DNA from: an uncultured delta proteobacterium
GTDB taxonomy: Bacteria; Desulfobacterota; Desulfomonilia; UBA1062
Direction of reading: 5' to 3'
Assembly: GCA_963798485.1 (NCBI GenBank)
Contig: CAWCTR010000014.1
Location: 320,001 to 384,000, forward strand
DNA length: 64,000 bases
Of the stretch, positions 30,183-40,199 are shown in pieces. The notes beneath the pieces are model-generated. The model saw only the letters and a program-made list of their open reading frames with translations. It was not told the DNA's origin and searched no databases. Numbering within the stretch: the first letter of the stretch is position 1; the number at the start of each line of letters is the position of its first letter. The translations under genes were made by a program, and so were the position numbers.

Positions 30183-30522
30183 TACCTTGATAAAAAGGCC
30201 ACCTGCCCGAAAGGGTTGATGTCATGTCATCATGGATCTAGAGCCACCATTGGGCTATCATAAAAATGGAAATATTTTTCTCATGAATTAGAAATAATTC
30301 TCCATTCAATAGTTGCGCTTCACTGGAGAGGATTTCAGACAAAAATACAAACATAGTTCAAAAGGAACATCTTTTATAGAGAATTTTTTCGATGATTTCT
30401 TTATACTCACCCCATTCCATCACGGTCAATTCAGCTTTTACCTGTTAAAAACTCCCATAAATGCTTTGGAGATTTCGATCTTTTATTAAAAACATTTTGA
30501 CATGAACCCATGACAAAGATAA

Positions 30523-30538
30523 TGGTGTAAAAATTGCA
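30523..30538 (+). promoter_or_regulatory. Putative sigma54 promoter
   Basis: TGGTGT-AAAAA-TTGCA with GG-N10-GC spacing, ~58 nt before ATG 30596. Confidence 0.4.
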
Positions 30539-30595
30539 GTTATATGCATGAAATATACTATCTAAGAACATGCATATATATTCAGGGGGTACTAT

Positions 30596-31462
30596 ATGAA
30601 GGCATGTCTCTGGGGAACTGTCATCTTGTTACTTCTTTCTGCCTGCAGCCAAGACAATATCTTTCAAGGGATCTCTCAAGATTCGAGTCGTGACTCGAAA
30701 ATAGAACAGGCCAGGGTAGACCTTGATAACTCAAATTTTGACCAGGTCATTTCAGACCTCAGTTCAATATATACTACCCAAGCCCTCGTCCCCATCGACC
30801 CCACAGTAGGACAATTGATGGCCTCAGCCTATATGGGCAAGGCCGGAATTGACCTTACCATACTCATTTCCAACTCAACCAGTTCGGGTCTGAAACCCTT
30901 TGATGTCATGGCTTCTATGATCTCTTCATCCAATGTAACAATTAAAAATACAGGTGAATATATAGCCAGCAGCCTCATGCCCAATATCCTTAGCTCTTTA
31001 ACCAGCGCCAAAGAACCGCTACAAATAATGAGAGAACAAGGCACCGCTACCCCTGATGATAAAATTCAGCTCGGGTTTGCCTCAGCAGCAGACTTCATCA
31101 TGTTTATGGGCAATGCGACAAACTTAGTTAATATACCTATTAATACATCTGCTTATACAACAGGCGGCTTGTCCGGGGTCGGACCACGAAATTTTGCCGT
31201 AATAACCACCAGCGGCGGCATACCTTCCTATCAAACAGACCTCATAAATATCAACAATGCCGTCATTGCCTTTTCACAGGCATACCCGAATCCAGCGGAA
31301 ACGGTGAAAACGAATGGATTGTACACTAGCCTGAATGATTTTCTCTACGATATCCTCTCTTCAGCCCTTGGAACTACGTCTGATGAAACCGTTACCGATG
31401 ACCTCATAAAGCAGTGCACATCCGCAGGGTTATACAACTATGCTCAGAGTCTTGCAAAATAG
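30596..31462 (+). CDS. Lipoprotein of unknown function
   Basis: Lipobox LLSA-C; helical TPR-like segment (ASAYMGKAGID). Confidence 0.7.
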   Translation: MKACLWGTVILLLLSACSQDNIFQGISQDSSRDSKIEQARVDLDNSNFDQVISDLSSIYTTQALVPIDPTVGQLMASAYMGKAGIDLTILISNSTSSGLKPFDVMASMISSSNVTIKNTGEYIASSLMPNILSSLTSAKEPLQIMREQGTATPDDKIQLGFASAADFIMFMGNATNLVNIPINTSAYTTGGLSGVGPRNFAVITTSGGIPSYQTDLININNAVIAFSQAYPNPAETVKTNGLYTSLNDFLYDILSSALGTTSDETVTDDLIKQCTSAGLYNYAQSLAK

Positions 31463-31495
31463 AGTTATTAACTATTTGTTATCCGGAGGATAATC

Positions 31496-32563
31496 ATGAA
31501 AAAATGTGTCGCACTCATATATATTCTAATTTTTTTGTTTTCTTCGAATACTTTTGCAACAGAGTTTCCCTATATATACAAGGGCGCAAGACCATTAGGT
31601 ATGGGTGGCGCATTTACGGCACTCTCGGATGACGCCAATGCACTGTTTTACAATCCTGCGGGTCTCGCAAACATCAAAGAACCCGGGGTATCTCTCATAG
31701 ACCTCGAAATAGAAGGTTCTAGGGGGTCGTACAATTTTCAAAAAGATGCCTTGGATGTTGATACGGATAATTTAAAAGAAGTTGCCGGCTTCTTAGGCGA
31801 GCATATAGGGGATTACGGACATATTGGTGCATCCGTCTTCCCCAATTACACTAAGCCCGACTTTGCCTTCGGGCTTATTAGTACGGTAAACTCCAACATC
31901 CAAGTGCAAAACAGACAGAACCCGAATCTATCTGTCGATGCCATAGCTGATGAAGGGATATGTACAGGCTATGCCCAGTCTTTTCTCGATAATAACTTAC
32001 TGATCGGTTCAAATCTGAAATACATCTATAGGGAAAGTATTGAGAATGAGTATAGCGTATCTGATATAACCACTCATGATTTCAAAAGCCGTTTTAGGGA
32101 TGATCTTCAGAGTGGCAGCGGGGTATTGCTCGATCTGGGTATCATATATAAAATCCAGAGTTCCCAAGAGGGAGGCCCGCAGGAACCACTTCAGGTGGGG
32201 ATGAGCGTAAACAACCTCATAGGAAACAAACTCGGTAATGCCGCAGACCTTGACCCGCATGTAGACCTCGGTGTTTCCAAACGGATCGGTGATTTAACCC
32301 TTGCAGCCGATTATGTAGATATATTTGGTCAGTTCCCAGGAGACTATGACGTTGCCAAAAGAATCCATCTTGGTCTTGAATATTCCCTTACCAAGATCAT
32401 CAGACTGAGAGGCGGGGTAAATCAGGGTTATATGACCTATGGTGTTGGAGTAGAAGAAAAAAATATTCAATTTGATGTACTTTCCTATGCAGAAGAGGTC
32501 GGGACCCATTCAGGGCAGCAAGGAGACAGACGTTATATGCTCCGATTAGGGGTTGGATTCTGA
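31496..32563 (+). CDS. TraF/PorV/FadL-superfamily outer-membrane beta-barrel
   Basis: Signal peptide; GARPLGMGGAFTA...ALFYNPAGL; LRGGVNQGY; C-terminal F. Confidence 0.75.
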   Translation: MKKCVALIYILIFLFSSNTFATEFPYIYKGARPLGMGGAFTALSDDANALFYNPAGLANIKEPGVSLIDLEIEGSRGSYNFQKDALDVDTDNLKEVAGFLGEHIGDYGHIGASVFPNYTKPDFAFGLISTVNSNIQVQNRQNPNLSVDAIADEGICTGYAQSFLDNNLLIGSNLKYIYRESIENEYSVSDITTHDFKSRFRDDLQSGSGVLLDLGIIYKIQSSQEGGPQEPLQVGMSVNNLIGNKLGNAADLDPHVDLGVSKRIGDLTLAADYVDIFGQFPGDYDVAKRIHLGLEYSLTKIIRLRGGVNQGYMTYGVGVEEKNIQFDVLSYAEEVGTHSGQQGDRRYMLRLGVGF

Positions 32564-32598
32564 CAATCCACAAAGTCTTCAAAATCCTCTCACACGAG

Positions 32599-33205
32599 GT
32601 GATCAAATTAAAGGAGCCCATAGTCGGCAGGGTTGCTCGCGGTCATGACCCCTTCAAGGTACTCGTTTCCACCATGCTATCGCTGAGGACTAAGGACATA
32701 ACGACCGATCATGCATTTGAAAGGTTGTCAGCCCTTGCTTCAACCCCTGATGCGATATCAGTCCTGCCGCTGAGAAACCATAGAGCACGCTATCTACCCT
32801 GTGGGTTTTTATAAAACAAAGGCAAAAAGCATCAAGGAGACTTCAAAGATCATCGTTGAAAAGCATAATGGTAAAGTCCCACAAGACCTTGACGAGCTCC
32901 TGAAACTCCCCGGTGTCGGGAGAAAGACGGCAAACCTGGTTATTATCCTCGGCTTCGACAAAATGGGGATCTGTGTAGATACGCATGTCCACAGGATTAC
33001 GAACCGCTGGGGATATCTTTCAACCCGGACACCGGATGAAACGGAGATGAAGCTACGGGAGATCCTTCCCAAAAAATACTGGAAGGAGATTAATAACTAC
33101 CTTGTACCGTATGGGCAGCACATATGCCTCCCTGTGAGCCCTTTGTGTTCACAATGTAAGATTTTTTCATACTGTAAACGTCTTGGCGTTAAGACATCAA
33201 GGTAG
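32599..33205 (+). pseudogene. nth: Endonuclease III, split by a 1-nt frameshift near 32773
   Basis: PFKVLVSTMLSLRTKD in the first ORF; [17 protein letters not shown] and C-X6-C-X2-C-X5-C in the second. 'ctg a gaa acc ata' carries one extra base. Confidence 0.88.
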
Positions 33206-33273
33206 AGAATATGCATCCGGCAAATAGTGCTTTGGTGGAGGACTTGAACGGATCAGGTTTTTACGCTTCTTAA

Positions 33274-34041
33274 ATGCAGAGTCGGGGTTTATTGACGCAC
33301 CAGGTAAGGTATGTTACTGAATCCTTTATTGTGAAAATGCCGATACGGGTAGCCCTATCCATTCTGTGGAAGTCTTTATTTATCCAGGCTGCCTGGAATT
33401 TCAAAGGTATGCAGAACATCGGGTTTACTCATGCAATTCTTCCGGGGCTTAAACACATCATCCCGGGGAAAATACCTGATGCCGTTAAACGCTACATTCC
33501 CTTCTTCAACACACAACCCTATATGGCCCCTACTGCAATTGGTGTCTTTCTCCACCTTTATGAACAAGGCAATGAAGAGTTGATAGAAAAAATAAGGCCC
33601 TCGTTGACCGGGTCCCTTGCGGCCATCGGCGACACATTTTTCTGGACAACCCTGAAACCGCTCCTGGCACTGTTGCTGCTGATTTCCGCCTTAGCAGACC
33701 AGCTTTGGGGATTATTCATCGCCCTTGTTCTCTTCAATTCAGTTCATCTCTGGACTATGACATGGGGGTTTTTTTTAGGATACCTGAAAGGCCCTCAAGG
33801 CGCACTATCTTTGGGACACATGCTCTCTGTCGACTTTTCTAAAAATATCTCCCTTCTGATCCCCTTTCTATCCGGTGTTATTCTCTGCCTTGTCCCTCAC
33901 CGGATCGGCATCGACCATGGTTTTGTTGCAGGACTCTTCATTTTCGTCACAAGTATAGTCCTCATAAAACTGCGCGTGAACATATTCTGGTTAGTATATG
34001 GAGTATTTACACTATCCATGTTATGGGCTATGCTACGATGA
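33274..34041 (+). CDS. PTS mannose/fructose/sorbose-family IID component
   Basis: QAAWNFKGMQNIGF, FFNTQPY and LAAIGDTFFW motifs. The start may be at 33337. Confidence 0.85.
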   Translation: MQSRGLLTHQVRYVTESFIVKMPIRVALSILWKSLFIQAAWNFKGMQNIGFTHAILPGLKHIIPGKIPDAVKRYIPFFNTQPYMAPTAIGVFLHLYEQGNEELIEKIRPSLTGSLAAIGDTFFWTTLKPLLALLLLISALADQLWGLFIALVLFNSVHLWTMTWGFFLGYLKGPQGALSLGHMLSVDFSKNISLLIPFLSGVILCLVPHRIGIDHGFVAGLFIFVTSIVLIKLRVNIFWLVYGVFTLSMLWAMLR

Positions 34042-34304
34042 AAGAAGCGCATGTCATTATTGTGAATAAGCTTGGTATGCATGCCCGATCAGCCGCATTA
34101 TTCTCCAAGCAGGCATCTAGGTTCACCTCAAAGATTGAGGTGATAAAAGATCAAATGAAGGTGAATGGAAAGAGTATTATGGAGTTGCTCACTATTGCTG
34201 CAGTAAAAGGAGCCAAAATCATCATCCGCACGGATGGCACCGATGAAGAGGACGCTATCAATTCGCTTGTATCCTTGGTGAAAGACGGGTTCGGGGAGCG
34301 GTAA
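34038..34304 (+). CDS. ptsH: Phosphocarrier HPr
   Basis: NKLGMHARSA (His15) and NGKSIM (Ser46). Confidence 0.93.
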   Translation: MKEAHVIIVNKLGMHARSAALFSKQASRFTSKIEVIKDQMKVNGKSIMELLTIAAVKGAKIIIRTDGTDEEDAINSLVSLVKDGFGER

Positions 34305-36073
34305 TGTCCCAGCAACAGGTCCATATCCTTCACGGTGTTCCAGCCTCAGCCGGCATTGCCATCGGGCAGGCAGTCATTATTGATACAAAAAAAATAGAAC
34401 GGTATCCCAAACTGCGCGTCTCGGAAGACCGTGTCGAAGACGAGCTCAAGCGTTTCGATGATGCCATGGTCCTCTCTCAAAAACAGATCGGCGAGGCCAT
34501 TCGCACCCTTGAGTCACATAATGTAATTAAGGAGCATTCTCTTATCCTCGAAACCCATCTCCTTATGATGAAAGATCCGGCCCTCATAGACCGGGTGAAA
34601 CAGCTCATAACGGAAGACTACATCAATGCCGAATGGGCCTTGAAAATTGCGATTCAAGAGATCGAGCAGGCCTTTGAAGCCATTGATGACGAGTACATCA
34701 AAAGCAGGGTAACGGATACGACCTTTGTCAGTGAACGTTTGCTGCGCAACCTCATAGGCAAGCAAACAAGCGGATTTCACCTGTTTGACAACAGCATCAT
34801 AGTGGCACACGACCTTTCGCCTGCAGATACGGCCATGCTCAATAAGAACAAGGTGCTGGGTTTTGCAACCGATGTCGGTGGCCTTACCTCTCACACGGCC
34901 ATCATCGCCCACTCACTTGAGATACCTGCAGTTGTAGGTCTCGAGAATGTATCTTCTCGTATCAATCCCGGCGATAATCTTATACTCGACGGTATCTCGG
35001 GGGTTGTCATTGTCAACCCTTCCGAATCACAAATACACGAATATCAGAACAGGGCCAGGTCCTACCTGAGCCTTGAGCTCAAACTCAAGGAAAAAGCCAA
35101 GGAACCCGCCATCACCAAGGATGGTAAGTATATAAAAGTCAAAGGCAACCTTGAGTTCAAGGAAGAGGTAAAGACAGTCCTTGATCACGGCGCCGAGGGA
35201 ATCGGACTCTACCGGACGGAATTCTTATATCTCATCCGCAAGGAGATCCCCACGGAGGAGGACCATTTTGAGGCATATAAGACGGTTGTGGAAACGGTCT
35301 CCCCCTTCAACACCATCATCCGCACCTTAGATCTTGGCGGAGATAAATTCTATGCCGGCTTGAGCAGGACGATCAGCGAGAGAAACCCTGTCATGGGGTT
35401 GCGTGCCATCAGGCTATGCCTCAAGGAGGTAGACATCTTTAAGACACAACTGAGAGGCATTCTCCGGGCCAGTCACTACGGCAATACCTCCATCATGTTT
35501 CCCATGATCTCGGGTATGGAGGAACTCGCCAAGGCCAAGGATATTCTTGAAGAGACAAAACTGACGCTCAAAAAAGACGGCATACCCTTTGACGAAAATA
35601 TCCGGGTAGGTATTATGATCGAAGTCCCCTCCGCAGCGGTCATTGCGGATACCCTTGCAAAGGAGGTGGACTTCTTCAGCCTCGGCACCAATGATCTCAT
35701 CCAGTACTCTATCGCTATTGACAGAGGCAACGAATATGTAAACTACCTCTATGAACCCCTGCATCCAGGTGTCCTGCGACTTATCCAATTCACGGTTGAT
35801 GCGGCGCATAACGACGGTATCCCGGTATCCATGTGCGGTGAGATGGCAGGCCGCGAGATCTATACCCCAATCCTCTTAGGGATGGGGATTGATTCCCTGT
35901 CAACAAATGCCTTTGCGATTTCTCACGTAAAAGAGATGGCCAGAAAACTCAGCATTGAAAAGTGCAAGGGCATTGTGAGCCATATTTTTGAGATGAAAAC
36001 CGCTGCAGAGATTTATGAATTCATGAGTAAAGAGATCATGGAAAATGCCCACGATATATTTGAGCTTGCCTGA
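34304..36073 (+). CDS. ptsI: PEP-protein phosphotransferase (Enzyme I)
   Basis: GGLTSHTAI, GIGLYRTEF, SLGTNDLIQY and MCGEMAG motifs. Confidence 0.95.
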   Translation: MSQQQVHILHGVPASAGIAIGQAVIIDTKKIERYPKLRVSEDRVEDELKRFDDAMVLSQKQIGEAIRTLESHNVIKEHSLILETHLLMMKDPALIDRVKQLITEDYINAEWALKIAIQEIEQAFEAIDDEYIKSRVTDTTFVSERLLRNLIGKQTSGFHLFDNSIIVAHDLSPADTAMLNKNKVLGFATDVGGLTSHTAIIAHSLEIPAVVGLENVSSRINPGDNLILDGISGVVIVNPSESQIHEYQNRARSYLSLELKLKEKAKEPAITKDGKYIKVKGNLEFKEEVKTVLDHGAEGIGLYRTEFLYLIRKEIPTEEDHFEAYKTVVETVSPFNTIIRTLDLGGDKFYAGLSRTISERNPVMGLRAIRLCLKEVDIFKTQLRGILRASHYGNTSIMFPMISGMEELAKAKDILEETKLTLKKDGIPFDENIRVGIMIEVPSAAVIADTLAKEVDFFSLGTNDLIQYSIAIDRGNEYVNYLYEPLHPGVLRLIQFTVDAAHNDGIPVSMCGEMAGREIYTPILLGMGIDSLSTNAFAISHVKEMARKLSIEKCKGIVSHIFEMKTAAEIYEFMSKEIMENAHDIFELA

Positions 36074-36110
36074 AATCCCTTTGACGAGACTAAAAATGGG
36101 GCATTAATCC

Positions 36111-36575
36111 ATGAAAGACCCTGAAGCCCAAAAAAACCTTTGCCTTAATAAGGCAGCCAGACACTCTTATGAGATACTTGAGACAATCGAGGTAGGCATC
36201 GTGCTCAGCGGCCCCGAGGTAAAATCACTCAGGAACGGCGGGGGAAACATAAAGGACAGTTATGCTCAGGTTAAGAACGCTGAGGTCTTTCTGAATAATT
36301 TCCATATAAGCCCGTATGCCCAGGCATCGAATATTCATTATGATCCCACGTGGCCGAGAAAGCTTCTTTTACACAGACGGGAGATCTTAAGGCTGAGCGG
36401 AAAGGTTAAAGAAAAAGGGCTCACCCTGGTTCCGTTAAGGCTCTATCTCAAAGGCAACCGCATTAAGGTGGAGTTGGGTCTTGCCAAGGGCCGGCGCGCC
36501 CAAAGCAAGAAGGATGTCATAAAGGAAAGGGATATCCAGCGGGAGACGGCAAGAGAGGTGAAATCATGGAGATAA
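36111..36575 (+). CDS. smpB: SsrA-binding protein
   Basis: NKAARHSY...GIVLSGPEVKSLR, RKLLLHRREI and ELGLAKG. Confidence 0.95.
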   Translation: MKDPEAQKNLCLNKAARHSYEILETIEVGIVLSGPEVKSLRNGGGNIKDSYAQVKNAEVFLNNFHISPYAQASNIHYDPTWPRKLLLHRREILRLSGKVKEKGLTLVPLRLYLKGNRIKVELGLAKGRRAQSKKDVIKERDIQRETAREVKSWR

Positions 36576-37960
36576 AGATCAGTGATATTGATTGTGAGCG
36601 GTTACTCAAACGATCTCTCGCCAAAGGCGGAGACTTTGCAGAACTCTATGTTGAACAGAAAAAAGGCACATCCATCATCTGTGAGGCACGCAAGATCGAG
36701 AAGTTCCTTATCACCGACGAGTCCGGGATAGCCCTGAGGGTTGTCATGGGTGAGAGGTCTGCGTATGCCTACACAAATGATCCATCTTCGCTTGATGAGC
36801 TTGCCGATACTGTGGCATCGGCTGTGAAGTCAGGAAGCTTCTCCGGTGCCGTCGTACTCACGAAAAGACCTTCAACCTCGAGCGTCATCATGGATATTGA
36901 TCCTGTAAAGGTGGATCCCAAGGAAAAGATAGCACTTGTTCAAAAGGCGGAAGAAGCCGCCTGGGGAATGGACAGCTCCGTGGTGCAGGTCAAGGTAATG
37001 TATGGCGATGGATCACGGAGTGTCTTCATTGCAAACTCAAATGGATTCATTGCAGAAGACTCTCGCGACACCATTATTTTTGTTGTCCAGGGGATCGTGG
37101 CCAGGGATTCGCTCATGGAGACCGGCTATGAGCCCATCGGAGGAACGCGTGGATTCGAGTTGTTCAAAGAGATCCCCCCTGAAGAGATTGCCAAAAGGGC
37201 CATTTGCAGGGCATTAAACACCATAAAAGCAAGACGTGCACCGGCCGGTACCATGCCCGTAGTAGTCTCCAGCGATGCCGGGGGCACAATGGTGCACGAG
37301 GCCATCGGCCACGGTTTGGAGGCCGATCTTGCCGGCGAAGGACTGTCGGTCTATTCCGGCAAGATAGGTATGCAAGTTGCGTCATCCGCCATCACGGTCA
37401 TCGATGACGGTACTATCAAAGGACTGAGAGGCAGTATGGGCTGTGATGATGAAGGAAATCCCACCAAACGGACGGTCCTGGTGGGAAACGGCATCCTTAA
37501 GGGGTTCATGACCGACCTTATCACTGCCCAGAAACTCGGCCTGCCCCTCACTGGTAATGCAAGACGTGAATCCTACCGCCATAGACCCATCCCGCGCATG
37601 ACCAACACGATAATCCAGCCGGGAACTTTAAACCCTGAGGAGATCATCAAGAAGGTCCAAACCGGCATATTCGTGAAAAAGATGGGCGGCGGACAGGTAA
37701 ACACCGTGACAGGCGACTTCGTCTTTAATGTCTCCGAGGGTTACCTCATAGAAAAAGGTTCTGTGGGCGAACCCATCCGGGGGGCGACACTCATAGGGAA
37801 CGGCCCCAAGATACTGAATTCGATTGAACTGGTAGGGAACGATCTTGGTTTTGGAATCGGCACGTGCGGAAAAGACGGACAAGGAGTGCCTATCGCCGAT
37901 GCACAACCTACCCTGCTGATTCCTGAGATAACCGTTGGAGGTGAAATCCGCAATGAATAG
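36566..37960 (+). CDS. tldD: TldD/PmbA-family metalloprotease TldD
   Basis: HEAIGHGLEAD, PIPRMTNT and CGKDGQGVP. Confidence 0.92.
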   Translation: MEIKISDIDCERLLKRSLAKGGDFAELYVEQKKGTSIICEARKIEKFLITDESGIALRVVMGERSAYAYTNDPSSLDELADTVASAVKSGSFSGAVVLTKRPSTSSVIMDIDPVKVDPKEKIALVQKAEEAAWGMDSSVVQVKVMYGDGSRSVFIANSNGFIAEDSRDTIIFVVQGIVARDSLMETGYEPIGGTRGFELFKEIPPEEIAKRAICRALNTIKARRAPAGTMPVVVSSDAGGTMVHEAIGHGLEADLAGEGLSVYSGKIGMQVASSAITVIDDGTIKGLRGSMGCDDEGNPTKRTVLVGNGILKGFMTDLITAQKLGLPLTGNARRESYRHRPIPRMTNTIIQPGTLNPEEIIKKVQTGIFVKKMGGGQVNTVTGDFVFNVSEGYLIEKGSVGEPIRGATLIGNGPKILNSIELVGNDLGFGIGTCGKDGQGVPIADAQPTLLIPEITVGGEIRNE

Positions 37961-38834
37961 GACAAATACACTGCAAATTGTAGCAGCCCTTTGGGGCTTA
38001 TTCGTTCTCCAAGGGTGCGCGTTTGTCTCGTTGGATCTTGGAAGCCTTATGCAGACTCAACCCTTTGAAGAACGGGTCCTGAAAGAAGGCTCAAAAGACA
38101 AGATCCTCGTAATAGAGGTGCTCGGCATCATCACCACAACAAGTGTGAGAGACAGCTTCTTCCCCAGCCAGGGGACACTTGAGAGGATCGACGGGGTCCT
38201 TGAGATGGCAGGTGAGGACAAGGCTATCAAGGGCATCCTTCTAAAGATCGATTCGCCCGGAGGGGGTGTGACGGCTTCGGATCTGGTGTTCAGAGAGATA
38301 AAGGACTTCAAGGAGGCCCATAAGATTCCTGTTGTAGCCTGTATAACAGGCCAGGGCACCTCAGGTGCTTATATGGTGGCTTTATCGGCTGATCGTATCG
38401 TCGCATTGCCCTCTTCTGTGGTGGGTAATATAGGCGTGTTGATGCCTTCTGTCAGTCTGGGAGGCCTTATGGACAAGCTTGGCATTAAGAACCAGACGCT
38501 GACCTCGGGAAAGCTCAAGGACTCGGGCACCATACTGCGGGATATGAACAAAGAGGATAAAGCCATCCTGGAGGGGATAGTAACGGAATTCAGCCGGGAT
38601 TTTATTGCTAAGGTGAAGGCCGTAAGGCCGGTGAAACCTGAAGATCTTTCTGTAATAGAAGATGGCCGGGTCATGAGTGCCTCAACAGGCATGAAATTAA
38701 AACTCATCGACCAGGTCGGATACTACGAAGATGCCATGAAAACCATGGAATCCCTCTCAAAAACAAAGGAACCAACCGTGGTCGTATACCGGAGAAAAGG
38801 AGAGAATAAGGGCGGGTTCTATTCATGGCCGTAA
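37953..38834 (+). CDS. sppA: Signal peptide peptidase SppA (S49, short form)
   Basis: IDSPGG, SGAYMVAL.ADRI, GNIGV and SGKLKD; lipoprotein-like signal. Confidence 0.85.
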   Translation: MNRTNTLQIVAALWGLFVLQGCAFVSLDLGSLMQTQPFEERVLKEGSKDKILVIEVLGIITTTSVRDSFFPSQGTLERIDGVLEMAGEDKAIKGILLKIDSPGGGVTASDLVFREIKDFKEAHKIPVVACITGQGTSGAYMVALSADRIVALPSSVVGNIGVLMPSVSLGGLMDKLGIKNQTLTSGKLKDSGTILRDMNKEDKAILEGIVTEFSRDFIAKVKAVRPVKPEDLSVIEDGRVMSASTGMKLKLIDQVGYYEDAMKTMESLSKTKEPTVVVYRRKGENKGGFYSWP

Positions 38835-38872
38835 AACTCAATTGCATTCTCCATTAGGGAGTCAGGGAATAC

Positions 38873-40177
38873 ATGACCATTATACCAAGCGGCGGCATAG
38901 AGATAAGCAGATCAGGCCAGATGAAGGCATATCTCGGGTCTTGTGTCGGTGTGGCAATCCTTGATTCAAAGCGCCATATCGGCGGCATGATCCATATCCT
39001 GCTGCCTGAACCGCTTGGCGATATCCCTGAAAACCAGCTCACTTATTATGCAAGCACAGGTGTCCCTCTTTTCCTTGATTCACTGGACAAGGCTGGAGCC
39101 GTAAAAAAGAACCTTTCTGCCTTTATCTCCGGTGGCGCGCTCATTGATCCCAGCTCTCACCAGGAGCTCGCCCTTAACATCGGCGGACGAACCCTGGAGA
39201 TAACGCTCAAGATTCTCAAAGAAAACGGCATCCCCATTAAATTGCTCGAGGCAAGCGGAACAATAGGGTTTTGTATCATGCTTGACGTGGACAAGGCTGT
39301 CTGCTCCATAGAACCTATCCTCCAGGATACTCGCAAAAAAGGCCCCCAACCGAGCACTATGCCGGCACTTGCTGAAATAGGCAGAACCATCGAAGACCTC
39401 CAGCCGATACCCCAGATCGCACTGGGCATTGCAAGCATGATCTCGGACGAAATGACCGACATCGCCACGATCGCCTCTGAGATTCGTAAAGACCAGGTGA
39501 TGGCAGCAGAAGTACTTAAGCTGTGCAACTCCTCTTATATGGGGATGCAAAGGAAGATCGAGACCATCGATGAGGCTATAACAATTCTCGGCAGCAAGAC
39601 CCTGCTCCGGTTGATCATCACGGCCCAGGCGGATAAGCTCTTAAGTTGCTCAGAAAAGGGTTACTCATTGATGCGTGGAGGTCTGTTCTACCATGCCTTG
39701 GCAACCGCACTGCTCAGCGAGAAGCTCTCGCGGGTCCACGGCAAGATAAGGCCTGATCTTGCATACACGGCAGGATTGCTCCATGATATTGGGAAGGTCG
39801 TGCTTGATCAGTACATGGCTAAGGTTCAGCCGCTCTTCTATCGAATTCTGGGCGCCCACAGAGAAGACTCAAGCATACTTGAGCAGAAGATATTCGGTAT
39901 AGACCACAATCTTGCAGGTCTCCACCTTGCTGAAAGTTGGAAGCTGCCGGAAGTAATCAAGGATGTGATCTTGTTCCATCACAAGCCGGACAAGGCAACA
40001 AATAACAGTGATCTGGTCCACCTCGTCTACATTGCCGACGCAATAGCACAAAAGTTTTTCCCGGGATTTGAGATTGAACACCTAGACACCACTCCCTTCC
40101 AAAACAGTCTGAACCTTCTCTCAATTACACCTGATATGATCGAAGAGTCACTCGGTGTGCTGGCGGATATCTTTTAG
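38873..40177 (+). CDS. CheD-like deamidase fused to an HDOD domain
   Basis: LGSCVGV...GGMIHILLP and NIGGR (CheD); VLKLCNS and AGLLHDIGK (HDOD). Confidence 0.85.
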   Translation: MTIIPSGGIEISRSGQMKAYLGSCVGVAILDSKRHIGGMIHILLPEPLGDIPENQLTYYASTGVPLFLDSLDKAGAVKKNLSAFISGGALIDPSSHQELALNIGGRTLEITLKILKENGIPIKLLEASGTIGFCIMLDVDKAVCSIEPILQDTRKKGPQPSTMPALAEIGRTIEDLQPIPQIALGIASMISDEMTDIATIASEIRKDQVMAAEVLKLCNSSYMGMQRKIETIDEAITILGSKTLLRLIITAQADKLLSCSEKGYSLMRGGLFYHALATALLSEKLSRVHGKIRPDLAYTAGLLHDIGKVVLDQYMAKVQPLFYRILGAHREDSSILEQKIFGIDHNLAGLHLAESWKLPEVIKDVILFHHKPDKATNNSDLVHLVYIADAIAQKFFPGFEIEHLDTTPFQNSLNLLSITPDMIEESLGVLADIF

Positions 40178-40199
40178 CAGCAAGTAATAAAGATGAGTT

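Noticed and set aside
31496-32563. TraF-like barrel as evidence of conjugation
   Set aside because: No other tra genes; this barrel family is common as a chromosomal OMP paired with a lipoprotein.
36111-36575. tmRNA or tRNA near smpB as the integration target
   Set aside because: No ssrA or tRNA sequence was recognised in the window; the att core is in a protein-coding gene.
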